From: a virus
DNA: 64,000 nt
Direction: 5' to 3' (one strand)
Virus record (IMG/VR): IMGVR_UViG_3300034069_000907
Location: 4,016-68,015 of that record
Shown: positions 1 through 9,537 of the stretch, in pieces
Layout of the letters: each line of letters starts with the position of its first letter
Numbering within the stretch: position 1 is the stretch's first letter
Position numbers and translations under genes: made by a program
Notes under the pieces: model-generated
Database searches by the model: none
Told to the model about the DNA's origin: nothing
Seen by the model: only the letters and a program-made list of their open reading frames with translations

Positions 1-453
1 GACTGTGGAGAGAAAGTACGTAGCGCGCGCAGCTTTCACTGCGAACTACATTACTCAAGGATACGTCGATCGGGCTCGAGCTCTCAACCGGAATTTAAAA
101 GGCGAAGCGTCACCACATCGGGCTACATAACGGTGAGCGGAAAACATGGCCATCCTGTCTGCAATGCAGATGGTATTGGCCTCGAACACAGGGTGGTTCT
201 TCACGACCATATCGGCGCGGGGGAGCATCCTTGCCACTGGTGTAATAAGCCTGTTTTTTGGGAGATTAAGCGAGGCCCATCGAAGCTTGTTGTCGATCAC
301 TTGGATGCAGATAAACAAAACAACAAGCTTCTTAACCTTGCGCCCTCCTGTCACTCTTGCAACGCTAACCGCGGCCTATTCATGAACTGGGTCATGAAGC
401 ACAGGGATGACCCGTTCCTCGCCGAGTTATTCCAGTTTGCGAAGGCTGCTTGA
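1..453 (+). CDS. HNH endonuclease, 5'-truncated at window edge
   Basis: Frame 1 is open from base 1 (DCGEKVRSARSFHCELHYSRIRR...) to TGA 451-453; contains CHWC...VVDHLDADKQNN...SCHSCN, a Zn-binding HNH motif. Confidence 0.85.
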   Translation, partial: DCGEKVRSARSFHCELHYSRIRRSGSSSQPEFKRRSVTTSGYITVSGKHGHPVCNADGIGLEHRVVLHDHIGAGEHPCHWCNKPVFWEIKRGPSKLVVDHLDADKQNNKLLNLAPSCHSCNANRGLFMNWVMKHRDDPFLAELFQFAKAA

Positions 454-680
454 GATGCCTGAGGGCTGATAGATTTAGGGCCCAGCCTTCAGATAAAGGC
501 CGGGCCCCGAGGTCCCCGAGGGGATGATACCTGCTCGCCTACGAGCGTGGCGGATAGGCGATTTGATACGACCCTTTTTCTGGTGTGACAACCCGGATCA
601 GGTGCCAGCGAAATTCAGGGAGATCTCTCCCGAAGGTTCCCCATCCCGGCGGGTTAGACCGGGCGACAAGGAGAAGAGCG

Positions 681-923
681 ATGAGCGGTAATGTGCGGGC
701 GAAATTCTACGTCCAGGAAGTCCGGCACGTCCACACCACGGACCCCACGGCGGTCTGTGCGATCGTGAAGATGGCCGCGGTCTACGGCGACGGTAAGGGC
801 AACGAGACGTGGTCGAAATACACGCCTCAGGGTGCCTTGGAGATGACGATCACCAACCCGGCGGCGATCGAGGCCTTCGAGCTCGGTAAGTCCTACTTCC
901 TGGACATCACGCCGGCTGACTAA
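681..923 (+). CDS. small phage hypothetical protein (80 aa)
   Basis: ATG at 681 with AAGGAG SD upstream; phage-like globular sequence MSGNVRAKFYV...TPQGALEMTITNPAA; GC3-rich codons. Confidence 0.75.
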   Translation: MSGNVRAKFYVQEVRHVHTTDPTAVCAIVKMAAVYGDGKGNETWSKYTPQGALEMTITNPAAIEAFELGKSYFLDITPAD

Positions 924-1074
924 TCCGAATTCGACGTGCGGACGGACAAGGCTAAGGCCCGTGAGATCGAAGCAATGCGGTGGGAGGCCGGTAGGCCGTC
1001 TAACCACCCCTGCCAAGATCAAACCGTGGATGGGAAGCGCGTGGTCCAGCACGTCGAAGCCATAGGGGAAACGA

Positions 1075-1416
1075 ATGCCGGCGGTTATGGCTGATATCGA
1101 CGTAAGACTTGCGCTGCGGGACACCGGGCGCACCAAGGCCATGGTGCTCGGCCTGCCGCATACCGGTGCCACCGTCATCGTGCACACCGCCGTGCTTCGT
1201 GACTACGTGCGCCACATGATCCGGGATCTGCGGGGCGCCACGGTGGAGGCTGCGACCCGCGTGTGCGTGATCCGCGACTCCCACGACATCACCAGGGCGA
1301 TGGCCGGCCGGCGCGGCTCCTTCCACGTAGACCATGCCTTTTGGGATTACGCCCTGTCCCCCCTTCGCGCTGAGGTGGCCGCCCATCTCGACATCATCGA
1401 GAGAAAATCCGCATGA
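1075..1416 (+). CDS. hypothetical protein (start may be ATG 1087)
   Basis: ORF with GC3-rich codons; ATGA overlap with next ORF. Confidence 0.6.
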   Translation: MPAVMADIDVRLALRDTGRTKAMVLGLPHTGATVIVHTAVLRDYVRHMIRDLRGATVEAATRVCVIRDSHDITRAMAGRRGSFHVDHAFWDYALSPLRAEVAAHLDIIERKSA

Positions 1417-1625
1417 CCAAGACCGTCCTCGCCGCCTGCCTCAACGAGTGGATGCGGCGCTACATCGAAGCCCCGAAGCGCTTCGATGCGGAGTTTCAGA
1501 CGGTCCGCGACTTCCTCGAGGATCAGGCCACCGGCGGCGAAGAGCGCTACGGCCTGGAGAGCGCCGAGTACCTCGAGCGCATCGCCTCGGATCTCGGCTT
1601 CAAGCCGGCCGGCAGCGAAGCCTGA
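1413..1625 (+). CDS. hypothetical protein (70 aa)
   Basis: ATGA-coupled to the previous ORF; typical codon usage. Confidence 0.6.
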   Translation: MTKTVLAACLNEWMRRYIEAPKRFDAEFQTVRDFLEDQATGGEERYGLESAEYLERIASDLGFKPAGSEA

Positions 1626-1932
1626 CGTAGTACGTGTAGATCGGGCCGCGCAGGGACTCGCCGCGGCTGAACCGGTCCTCGTGGACGATGCGGGCCGCAG
1701 GGCACTCGCTCTTCACAGCCGCGAGGGCCGTCTCCTTCCGGGTCTCCGGATTGTCGGGGTTCCACCCGAAGTCCACCAGGCCCTTGATCTCCACCGTCAG
1801 ATCGTAGCCCGGGCCGGGGTTGAGATCGACACGGATGAGGTTCTGGCTCTCCAGGCCCCGGGTGTGGGTCTCGGTGCCTGAGCACCCGGCCAGCGCGGCC
1901 GCAAGGATGGCCGCCGCAGTCGTCCGCATCAT
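1600..1932 (-). CDS. predicted lipoprotein (110 aa), antisense to the packaging region
   Basis: Within ORF 1600-2319(-), the segment from ATG 1932 reads MMRTTAAAILAAALAG-C: basic n-region, Ala/Leu h-region, lipobox LAGC; two further Cys. Confidence 0.7.
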   Translation of the reverse strand: MMRTTAAAILAAALAGCSGTETHTRGLESQNLIRVDLNPGPGYDLTVEIKGLVDFGWNPDNPETRKETALAAVKSECPAARIVHEDRFSRGESLRGPIYTYYVRLRCRPA

Positions 1933-2004
1933 CGAATCGCCCCCGCTGAGGGAGCGCAACATGCCCCGCAATCGCGCGGTGCGCCATTGCAGGAAGGACA
2001 CGCT

Positions 2005-2286
2005 ATGAGCCGGACCGGCCCGATCCTGATGAGCGGTGGCAACCCGAACGGCCACAAGCTCGAGGAGCTCCTCGAGACGGTGATCGCTGAGATCCAGGCG
2101 AAGAACACCAGGGTCCAGAATGATCCAAGCTCCGCGGCACAGACCCTCCTGCGGAACAACGCCGACATCATCGTGCGGCTGAAGGAGTGCAGGCGCCTCC
2201 AGGAGCACAGCCTCCAGGAGCTCGAGCGGCTTCACGGGGCCGATCAGGGGCCAACCGGCAAGCCGCGCGTCGGCGAAGGATCGTAA
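2005..2286 (+). CDS. hypothetical coiled-coil protein (93 aa)
   Basis: ATG 2005 after AGGAAGGA SD; helical heptad pattern. Confidence 0.65.
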   Translation: MSRTGPILMSGGNPNGHKLEELLETVIAEIQAKNTRVQNDPSSAAQTLLRNNADIIVRLKECRRLQEHSLQELERLHGADQGPTGKPRVGEGS

Positions 2287-2296
2287 TCTGGGGCTT

Positions 2297-2338
2297 GGGT
2301 CCGACCGCTTCGGCTTCACGGGCGGGACGGTCGGACCC
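2297..2338. repeat. 11-bp perfect inverted repeat GGGTCCGACCG / CGGTCGGACCC upstream of terS
   Basis: Arms at 2297-2307 and 2328-2338, read directly. Confidence 0.7.
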
Positions 2339-2482
2339 TTGGGGGAGTGCCAGCGAGGAACCGGGTACCGCGCCGTGCGATGGTAACGGAACCGAAGCCG
2401 GGCCGGTTCGAAACGGCCGAACAGTTGGCAGCATTAGCAGATGGGTCGGAATTACGAAACCGATCCGGAAAGATGAGATGGG

Positions 2483-2875
2483 ATGGCACCGCGTCGCAAG
2501 GAAATCGCCCAGGTGGGCGGCGGCGACTCGGCGGTGATCGCGGGCCCCGGGTACCGCAAGCCCCCTGAGTGCAAATTCGAGCTCAAGACCGCCAAGGCTC
2601 GGAAGGAATACGGGACGATCTGCCGGAAGCTCTATGAGCTCGGCCGCCTCTCGGAAGCCAAGCACATCGCGGCATCGATGTACGCCTCGATCATGGATCG
2701 GATCGCCCTGGCTGACGCCGACGGGCGCCCGGCCCGCGCATCGTGGTTCACGCAATTGCAGAATCAGTTGAGGGCCTTGGATCTCGATGGGCTTGACGAA
2801 CCGATCGCTGCGCCCGTCGAAGCGCCGACCAACAAATTCGCGCGCATCGGTCTCCCGAACCGTCGCCAACGATAA
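2483..2875 (+). CDS. terS: terminase small subunit (P27-like)
   Basis: Directly upstream of and overlapping terL; KPPECKFELKTAKARKEYGTICRKLYELGRL resembles P27-family small subunits. Confidence 0.7.
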   Translation: MAPRRKEIAQVGGGDSAVIAGPGYRKPPECKFELKTAKARKEYGTICRKLYELGRLSEAKHIAASMYASIMDRIALADADGRPARASWFTQLQNQLRALDLDGLDEPIAAPVEAPTNKFARIGLPNRRQR

Positions 2876-4634
2876 CTTCCGGAACGTCGTCTATGACGGC
2901 GAGGAGGTTCCCGACTTCAACAAAATGGCGGTCTGGTATTGTCAGAACGTCGTTGCAGGGCATGTGCCGTGCTGCATTTGGGAAAAGCTCGGGTGCCAAC
3001 GCTTTCTCGACATGCTGGCGGCGTCCAAGCGTCTAGGGAGCGAGTTCTACTACAGCCCCGACCACGTAACCGACTTCTGCCTGTTCTTCGAGAAGCTCCC
3101 GCACGTCAAAGGCTTCCACGGCACGTTCGTGGCGGAGCCAGTGCAGTGCTGGTGGTTCGCGGCGATCTTCGGGTTCCGGGAGACGGAGACGGGCTTCCGC
3201 TGGACGCGCGCCGCGGAGATCTGGATCCCGCGCAAGAACGCTAAGACGGCAACGGCCGTGGCGATTGCGCTCTACTGCTCGAATTTCGAGGATGAGCCGG
3301 GCGCCGAATGTCTCGTGTCGGCCGGCTCCGAGAAGCAGGCGGACGTCCCGTTCAAGGCGATCCTCGCCACGATCGACAAGGAGCCGGACCTCACCTCGCA
3401 CCTGCTGATCGAGTCCACCAAGGATGACATCGCGTTTCGGCGGACCGGGGCCACCATGTCGAAGCTCGCGGCCCTGGCGCCGAACCTCGACGGCCTTAAC
3501 CCGCACTTCGTCCTGGCGGAGGAGCTCCACGCGCAGAAGCAGGACGTCATCAGCGTGCTCCGGACCGCGCAGGGTGCGCGCCGGCAAGCGCTGTTCCTGA
3601 CGATCTCCACCGCCGGCCGCTCGACCGCCAGCGCGGCCTACTCGGTGTTCAAGGCCGGTCAGAAGATCCTGGAGGGGAAGCAGCACGCGCCCCGCGTGTT
3701 CATCCTCATGTACGCGGCCGATGAGGCGGACCAGAAGAACCGGTTCGATCTCGGCGTCATCGAGAAGCTCAACCCGCTGTGGGGCGTGTCGCTGTTCAAG
3801 GCGGCGATGGATGAGGAGATCCGCAACGCACTCAACTCGGAGGCCAACCTCGCGGAGTACCTGCGCACCCGACTGAACGTCTGGAGCAAGGCCGCAGGGT
3901 CGCTCTTCAGCGTGGACGATTGGGACAAGTGCGGGAACCGGAAACTGAGCCTGGATCTCCTGGCTGGCTTCCCGATGTACGTGGGCGTGGATCTCGCGTC
4001 CCACTCCGACATCAACGCGGCGTGCTTCATGGTGAAGGTGGAAGACACCTTGCACATGGTCATGCGGTTCTGGATCCCGGAGGAATCGGACCGGTTCAAG
4101 GATGATCGGTTCGCCGACGCCTTCATGCGGTGGGCCGAGGACAAGGTCATCATCAAGACCGCCGGGAACCATGTCGATCACGAGAAGATCCTCGCCGACA
4201 TCCTGGACATGATCGAGGGGCACACGGTTCTCGGCTTCGCCTTCGACAACTGGCAGGCCGACTACCTCATGGGGCAGACGGAGAAGCGCGGTTACGAGAC
4301 CTTCCGCGTCTCGAAGAGCCCTCAGCAGCTTACCCGCTCGACGGATGACCTGATCGCCCGGCACCGCAGCCCGGAGCGGCTCGAGCACGACGACAACCCG
4401 GTCATGTCCTGGTGCGTCGGCAACGTGGTGGGCTTTTGGGACACGAACGACAACGTGCTCCCGAAGAAGGAGAGCAAGAATTCTAAGCAGTCTATCGACG
4501 GTATAGACGCTGGAGTTCTGGCGAATGCAGCCCGGATGTACCACGAGGCCGGGCTCATGGAAGGTGACGGGCGGGTGAAGAAAGCCAATCCGAACATCTA
4601 CCTCAAGAGAGGTCTTGCAGGAGCCGCCGCATGA
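2787..4634 (+). CDS. terL: terminase large subunit (start could be ATG 2925)
   Basis: IWIPRKNAKT Walker A, LAEELHA Walker B, TISTAG coupling motif, YVGVDLA and SIDGIDA nuclease aspartates. Confidence 0.95.
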   Translation: MGLTNRSLRPSKRRPTNSRASVSRTVANDNFRNVVYDGEEVPDFNKMAVWYCQNVVAGHVPCCIWEKLGCQRFLDMLAASKRLGSEFYYSPDHVTDFCLFFEKLPHVKGFHGTFVAEPVQCWWFAAIFGFRETETGFRWTRAAEIWIPRKNAKTATAVAIALYCSNFEDEPGAECLVSAGSEKQADVPFKAILATIDKEPDLTSHLLIESTKDDIAFRRTGATMSKLAALAPNLDGLNPHFVLAEELHAQKQDVISVLRTAQGARRQALFLTISTAGRSTASAAYSVFKAGQKILEGKQHAPRVFILMYAADEADQKNRFDLGVIEKLNPLWGVSLFKAAMDEEIRNALNSEANLAEYLRTRLNVWSKAAGSLFSVDDWDKCGNRKLSLDLLAGFPMYVGVDLASHSDINAACFMVKVEDTLHMVMRFWIPEESDRFKDDRFADAFMRWAEDKVIIKTAGNHVDHEKILADILDMIEGHTVLGFAFDNWQADYLMGQTEKRGYETFRVSKSPQQLTRSTDDLIARHRSPERLEHDDNPVMSWCVGNVVGFWDTNDNVLPKKESKNSKQSIDGIDAGVLANAARMYHEAGLMEGDGRVKKANPNIYLKRGLAGAAA

Positions 4635-6070
4635 GTTTCAAGCAATGGTCCGCGGCGGTCGATGGCGCAGCGAAGGAGGCCAGCCTCCCCGGCGTGCCGG
4701 TGGTGAGCCTCAGCAACATGCCGCCCGATCTCCTGGATCGGGGTTGGGACAGCCTCAACGGCCTACTCGGCCTGGATAGCCGCTCGACCTACCTCTACGG
4801 CAAGAACAGCACGGGAATCGCCATTGCGGTGATGTGCGCCGACGTCATCGCCCGCGACATCTCCAAGGCCGAGATGCTGCTCTACAAGCGCCGCACCACG
4901 GGCCGCGGCTACGATCTAGTGCAGGCCAACGAGCACCCCATCGCCCGCATGTTCATGCTGCGGCCGAGCCAGTGGCACCTGTGGGTGGAGCTCTGGCGCA
5001 TGACGGTGCTGCACCTGAAGCTGACGGAGAACGCCTACCTCTACAAGGATGGCTTCCGGGCGGATGGATCCTTCGATGGGCTGATCCCGATCCAGCCGGC
5101 CAACTGCCGGGCCATGGTCTCCCCCGGCGGCAAGCTGTTCTACGAGGTGTTCGCCGGCACCGAATACGAGAAGGCGCAACTCGGGCAGAACTACTTCTTG
5201 GTGCCGGCCGAGCGGATCATCCACATGCGCGGCCGCACGATGGATGGCCTGTATGGGCTCTCGAGCGTGATGCTCGGGGATCCGATCTTCGACATCGTGT
5301 CGGCGATCGGCGCCTATCAGCGCAACGTCTTCGACAACGACGGGCAGCAGGCCCTCGCCTTCGAGACGGAGGGCGCGTTCGGCTCCGAGGCAGACAGCGA
5401 TGCGGCCTTCCGGCGCCTGAAGGGACAGCTTACCGAGCGCTGGAAGAAGTCGCGGACGACGGGCGACCCCATCCTGCTCGAGGCTGGCCTTAAGGCGAAG
5501 ATCATCTCCGCAACCTCGAAGGAATCGGAGGCGAAGGACAGCTTCAATCAGCAGGTGATGCGGATCTGCGGGCTGATGAATTGCCCGCCGCACAAGATCT
5601 TCGCCCTGGAAAACGTGGCGTACAACAACGCCTCCGCCATGAACCGGGCGTACTACAACGACGCGCTCGACCCGGTGGCGACGCTCATCCAGGAGAACCT
5701 TCGCGCCGGCCTCTTCACCGAAGAGGAGATGCTGACGTTCTCGCCGCAGTTCGACCAAATCAAGCTCATGGCGAACGACATCGAGTCGCTCACCAAGCTC
5801 GTGGACATCTGCATGAAGGATGCCCTCCTCACCTTCGATGAGGGACGCGAGGTGCTCCCCTTCCGGTTCGGGCCGATCAAGAACGGCGACCGCCGGATGA
5901 TGCCGGTGAACATGGCGATGATCGGCGCCGACGGCGAAATTATCGCCAACGCGGCCGCGGGCCAGACCCCCAACCTGCCGGCCCCAACCCCGGAGGAGGA
6001 TCCGGACAAGGATCCGGACGCAACCGACGATCAGGAGGGCAAGAACGCTCCCCTGCGGCTCGTGCAATAG
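4631..6070 (+). CDS. portal protein, HK97 family
   Basis: Position after terL; IARDISKAE, ENAY, IIHMRG...GLS, ILLEAGLK, ICGLMNCPPHKI motifs. Confidence 0.93.
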   Translation: MSFKQWSAAVDGAAKEASLPGVPVVSLSNMPPDLLDRGWDSLNGLLGLDSRSTYLYGKNSTGIAIAVMCADVIARDISKAEMLLYKRRTTGRGYDLVQANEHPIARMFMLRPSQWHLWVELWRMTVLHLKLTENAYLYKDGFRADGSFDGLIPIQPANCRAMVSPGGKLFYEVFAGTEYEKAQLGQNYFLVPAERIIHMRGRTMDGLYGLSSVMLGDPIFDIVSAIGAYQRNVFDNDGQQALAFETEGAFGSEADSDAAFRRLKGQLTERWKKSRTTGDPILLEAGLKAKIISATSKESEAKDSFNQQVMRICGLMNCPPHKIFALENVAYNNASAMNRAYYNDALDPVATLIQENLRAGLFTEEEMLTFSPQFDQIKLMANDIESLTKLVDICMKDALLTFDEGREVLPFRFGPIKNGDRRMMPVNMAMIGADGEIIANAAAGQTPNLPAPTPEEDPDKDPDATDDQEGKNAPLRLVQ

Positions 6071-6081
6071 GAGCGGCCACC

Positions 6082-7140
6082 ATGGCGCAGAACGACAATC
6101 TCATTTCGGTCGATGAATTCCTGAATAAGCGGAAATCGGCCGTCGACACGAAGGGCCGCCTGCACAAGGGCGTCATCGGGACGGACGAGAAGGGCGCGGC
6201 GCCCATGTCCTTCAACTCGACCGCCGGCACCTGCCGTTTCACCATGTCCGCCGAGGTCGAAGACCGGGATAAGGACATCGTGTACCAGGCGGGCCTGAGC
6301 CTGACCGAGTTCCTCAAGAACCCCGTCGCGCCCATGTCGCACAATAGCCGGGATTTCCCCGTCGGCGGCTGGAAGGACGTAGAGCAAGTGCTCAACGGGC
6401 GCCCGAAGCGCACCGAAGGCACCCTCACCCTGACAGAGGGCGAGCCGAACGCCGATCGCCTCAAGATCCACCTGGCCGCCGGCACGGTGCGCGCGTGCTC
6501 AATCGGATTCATGCCGAAGACGGTGCAGCGCCGGGCCGTCCCGGAGGATGCGGACAGCTACTCCTGGCCGGGCTACGAGATCCTGTCCGCCGAGCTCTAT
6601 GAGTGCTCGCCCTGCCTGATTCCGGCCAACCCCGCGGCCTTGGCGAAGTCGGCAGAGGCCGGCGGCATGCTCCCGACCGAGATCATCTCCGAGGTGCTCG
6701 ACACCTGGACCCTCGTGTCCGGCATGCTGGTGCCGCGGAAAGCCTTCGAGGAAGAGTTCGCCAAGCACGCGCCCGGGAAGTCGTTCAGCTTCCAGGGCAC
6801 GAACTTCCAGGTCAACGAGAAGGGGATCGCCGAGATCGCCAAGCCGGCGCCGGCCCCCGAGCTCTCCCTCATCAAGCGTCTCGCGAAGGTGCTCGGCATC
6901 GGCGACGACGCTTCCAAAGATCCCGCGAGCCTCCAGGAGGCCCTGAAGACCGCGGGTGCTGAAACCGGAACGGATCCCGTTCCTCCCGAAGCTCAGAACC
7001 AAGAACAGACCCCCGAGCAGCTCGCCCGCGCCGAAATGGCAAAGGACATCGCCGCCCTCGAGGAGCTCGAAGCCATCGCGGAAGCAGAGGCCGAGGTGGC
7101 TCTCCTTGGCGACCGCGTGGCGAAGGCCATGGCCGCCTGA
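6082..7140 (+). CDS. prohead maturation protease, HK97 family, with C-terminal extension
   Basis: EDRDKDIV, NPVAPMSH (catalytic His), ACSIGF (catalytic Ser), LYECSPCLIPANPAA. Confidence 0.92.
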   Translation: MAQNDNLISVDEFLNKRKSAVDTKGRLHKGVIGTDEKGAAPMSFNSTAGTCRFTMSAEVEDRDKDIVYQAGLSLTEFLKNPVAPMSHNSRDFPVGGWKDVEQVLNGRPKRTEGTLTLTEGEPNADRLKIHLAAGTVRACSIGFMPKTVQRRAVPEDADSYSWPGYEILSAELYECSPCLIPANPAALAKSAEAGGMLPTEIISEVLDTWTLVSGMLVPRKAFEEEFAKHAPGKSFSFQGTNFQVNEKGIAEIAKPAPAPELSLIKRLAKVLGIGDDASKDPASLQEALKTAGAETGTDPVPPEAQNQEQTPEQLARAEMAKDIAALEELEAIAEAEAEVALLGDRVAKAMAA

Positions 7141-7207
7141 GGCGCGGCACCCCTCAGTTCGAAACCGGGTGTCGCAACCGCGTCCCCGTAGCAGGAGAAA
7201 ACCCGAA

Positions 7208-8647
7208 ATGTTGACCCTTAAGCAGTGGCGCGAGAAGCTGGCGGGCATCCACAAAACCCTCGCCGAGCTCAAGGCAGCGGCGAAGGCGAAGGATGCCTCT
7301 CCCGAGCAGAAGGGCGCCTACAAGACCGCCCTCGATGGCATCGTGGAGTGCGTGAAGCACATCGATGAGCTCGAGGAGGAAGAGCGCATCGAGGGCCTGG
7401 CCGCCAAGGCCGCCGGCACCCCGTCGGGCGGAAAACCCGGCCAGGAAGAGGGCCACGACGTCGGCGACGGTACCGTGTGGGCGGTCCCGGTGAGCGAGGA
7501 GGAGAAGTCCCCGATCTTCATCCCGACCGTCATCATGGCGTCCCACTTCAAGTCTCAGGCGAATGCCAAGAGCGGGACGTTTCAGTCTCCGATCGAGGTC
7601 ATGCGTGAGGAAGGTTACGGCCGCATCGCCGATGACATCCTCAAGATGCAGGCTCGCCGGGCCCACGAGAAGGGTCTCCGGGTCAAGACCAACTCGACCC
7701 TGACGGCCCAGGACGGCGGCATTCTCCTGCCGACGCCCAACAGCGCCTCGATCATCCCGTTCCTGCGGAGCCAGAACACGTTCCTGGACATGGATCCGCA
7801 GCGGATTCCGCTGATCGGCGGCCGGTACAATCAGCCGGTCGGAACGGGTAGCTCGACCGCCGGGTACGTCGGCGAAGGCGCCAAGAAGCCCGTCGGATCG
7901 CCCACGTTCGGCGCGATCTCGATGAGCTCCAAGAAGCTCGCCGGTATCGTCATGGTGACGGAGGAGGCGCTCAAGTGGAGCCTCGCGGACCTGCGGGCCT
8001 ACATCACCAACGATCTGCGCGAGGCCCTCTCGCAGACCATGGACACGGCCCTGTACTTCGGCGCCGGCTCGGCCACCGTCCCGTTCGGTATCCTCCAGCG
8101 GACCGCGGACATCAACACGTTCGATGCCTCCTCGACCGCCGCCGGCTCCACGTACTTCGCGGATCCGACCAAGCCGACGGTCGCCGAGCTCGACCGGATC
8201 GCCACGCTGATGATCCTCGCGATCACCGATCGCAACATCAGCGCCGGTCCGAAGTTCGCGTGGCTGATGAATTACCACCTCCAGCAGTACCTGATGAACG
8301 CTCGCGGTGCGAACGGTCAGAAGATCTACCCGGAGGTGGAGAACGGCACCTGGAAGGGCTTCCGTCTCGTCGTCACCAACGCCATCCCGAACAACGGCGG
8401 CACCAAGACGGACGAGTCGATCCTGGCGCTCATCGATTGGTCGAACGTCATGTTCGGCGTCGATGAGGATGTGACCGTGCGCACCTCCTCGGAGGCCACG
8501 ATCGACCCGGGCACCGGCGTGCTGGTGAGCCTCTTCCAGCAGAACATGCAGGCGATCCTCATGGAGTGCCGCCACGACATCGCCCTCCGCCGGCCGGGAG
8601 CGATCTCGGTCCTGCGTAAGGCTCGTTGGGGCTCCATCGCCGCCTGA
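7208..8647 (+). CDS. major capsid protein, HK97 fold
   Basis: ATG 7208 after GCAGGAG SD; N-terminal coiled-coil delta domain; DGGILLP, YVGEG..KP, KKLAGIV..TEE, PFGIL motifs. Confidence 0.93.
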   Translation: MLTLKQWREKLAGIHKTLAELKAAAKAKDASPEQKGAYKTALDGIVECVKHIDELEEEERIEGLAAKAAGTPSGGKPGQEEGHDVGDGTVWAVPVSEEEKSPIFIPTVIMASHFKSQANAKSGTFQSPIEVMREEGYGRIADDILKMQARRAHEKGLRVKTNSTLTAQDGGILLPTPNSASIIPFLRSQNTFLDMDPQRIPLIGGRYNQPVGTGSSTAGYVGEGAKKPVGSPTFGAISMSSKKLAGIVMVTEEALKWSLADLRAYITNDLREALSQTMDTALYFGAGSATVPFGILQRTADINTFDASSTAAGSTYFADPTKPTVAELDRIATLMILAITDRNISAGPKFAWLMNYHLQQYLMNARGANGQKIYPEVENGTWKGFRLVVTNAIPNNGGTKTDESILALIDWSNVMFGVDEDVTVRTSSEATIDPGTGVLVSLFQQNMQAILMECRHDIALRRPGAISVLRKARWGSIAA

Positions 8648-8650
8648 ACG

Positions 8651-8710
8651 AACTACCGCAGGATAGTCGGTAGTTGAAATTCGACCGGGCGCCGGAAATC
8701 CCTGGCGCCC
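8651..8710 (+). terminator. two hairpins after the capsid gene (possible terminator or attenuator)
   Basis: AACTACCG/CGGTAGTT (8651-8675) and GGGCGCC/GGCGCCC (8687-8710); no strong U-tract. Confidence 0.35.
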
Positions 8711-8737
8711 GGAAACTCAAAATCCGGAAATTCGGAA

Positions 8738-9307
8738 ATGACCGAAACAGTCATCCACGAGCTCGCGTTTTACGAGGCGCTCGCAGCAGACAACCATCGC
8801 GGCCTTGTGCCGATGCTCCTTCTGGAGAACGCGATGCCTTACGTGATCGGCGACATCGCCGGTTTCGTCCCCAAGGATGCCCGCGCCATGCACGGCAAGG
8901 GGCAGGCCAAGCCGGCCGTCGAGCTCGATGGCGAATTCGAGGACTTCCGCGGCATCGGCACCGGTGAGACCGCGCTCGAGCGTCAGACCCTCTCGGCCGC
9001 CGACATCGAGCGCCTCGACGCCCTTGAGGTGTCCCCGACCATCTTCGCCGAGCGCGCGCTCCAGCGCATCGCCCTGGCGAAGAAGATCAAGGGCCTGCCG
9101 CAGCAGCAGGGCGGGATCACCGGCCCGATCGCCGACGACATCATTCGGGCCGAGCTCTCCCGTCGCGGCCAATCCCTCAGCACGGACGATGCCACGCGCG
9201 GCGAGGCGCTCCAGCAGCGCACCGGCGGCGCCGTGACGTCCGACAACGGCACCGGACCGGATCCGGCAGGCGCCGGCGGCCAGCCCCCGCAGCAGGACGC
9301 CTCCTGA
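8738..9307 (+). CDS. hypothetical head-region protein (189 aa)
   Basis: Strong GC3 codon bias; located between capsid and connector genes. Confidence 0.75.
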   Translation: MTETVIHELAFYEALAADNHRGLVPMLLLENAMPYVIGDIAGFVPKDARAMHGKGQAKPAVELDGEFEDFRGIGTGETALERQTLSAADIERLDALEVSPTIFAERALQRIALAKKIKGLPQQQGGITGPIADDIIRAELSRRGQSLSTDDATRGEALQQRTGGAVTSDNGTGPDPAGAGGQPPQQDAS

Positions 9308-9432
9308 TGAAGGAGGCCGAGACGCCTCCGCGCCCGGCGGTCGACAAGGAGCGCCAGCCCAACCCGCCGCAGAAGACGATGACGCGCCAGCCCGACAAGA
9401 TGGTGCGTGGATCGGGATACAAGACCAAGTGA
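9307..9432 (+). CDS. 41-aa protein missing from the ORF track (MKEAETPP...DKMVRGSGYKTK)
   Basis: TGATG coupling at 9305-9309, open frame to TGA 9430-9432, GC3-rich codons. Confidence 0.55.
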   Translation: MKEAETPPRPAVDKERQPNPPQKTMTRQPDKMVRGSGYKTK

Positions 9433-9537
9433 AGGCCCGCGATCGGCCGGCGCCGCTCCGGCTGATCGCTCCCCCATTTCACCTCGCACGACGTCGCAGC
9501 GCCATCGCGCTCCGTCCCTGCGCAGAGGATTTCTACC

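Noticed and set aside
454-680. Structured RNA or cos site between the HNH gene and the first small ORF
   Set aside because: Only one modest hairpin (CGCCTA/TAGGCG) with a distant T-run; not enough to support a call.
3033-8575. Long minus-strand ORFs (3033-4544, 4916-6067, 7154-8575) and similar ones opposite the tape measure and dnaB
   Set aside because: Shadow ORFs expected opposite GC3-rich genes; they mirror well-supported plus-strand genes and have no motifs.
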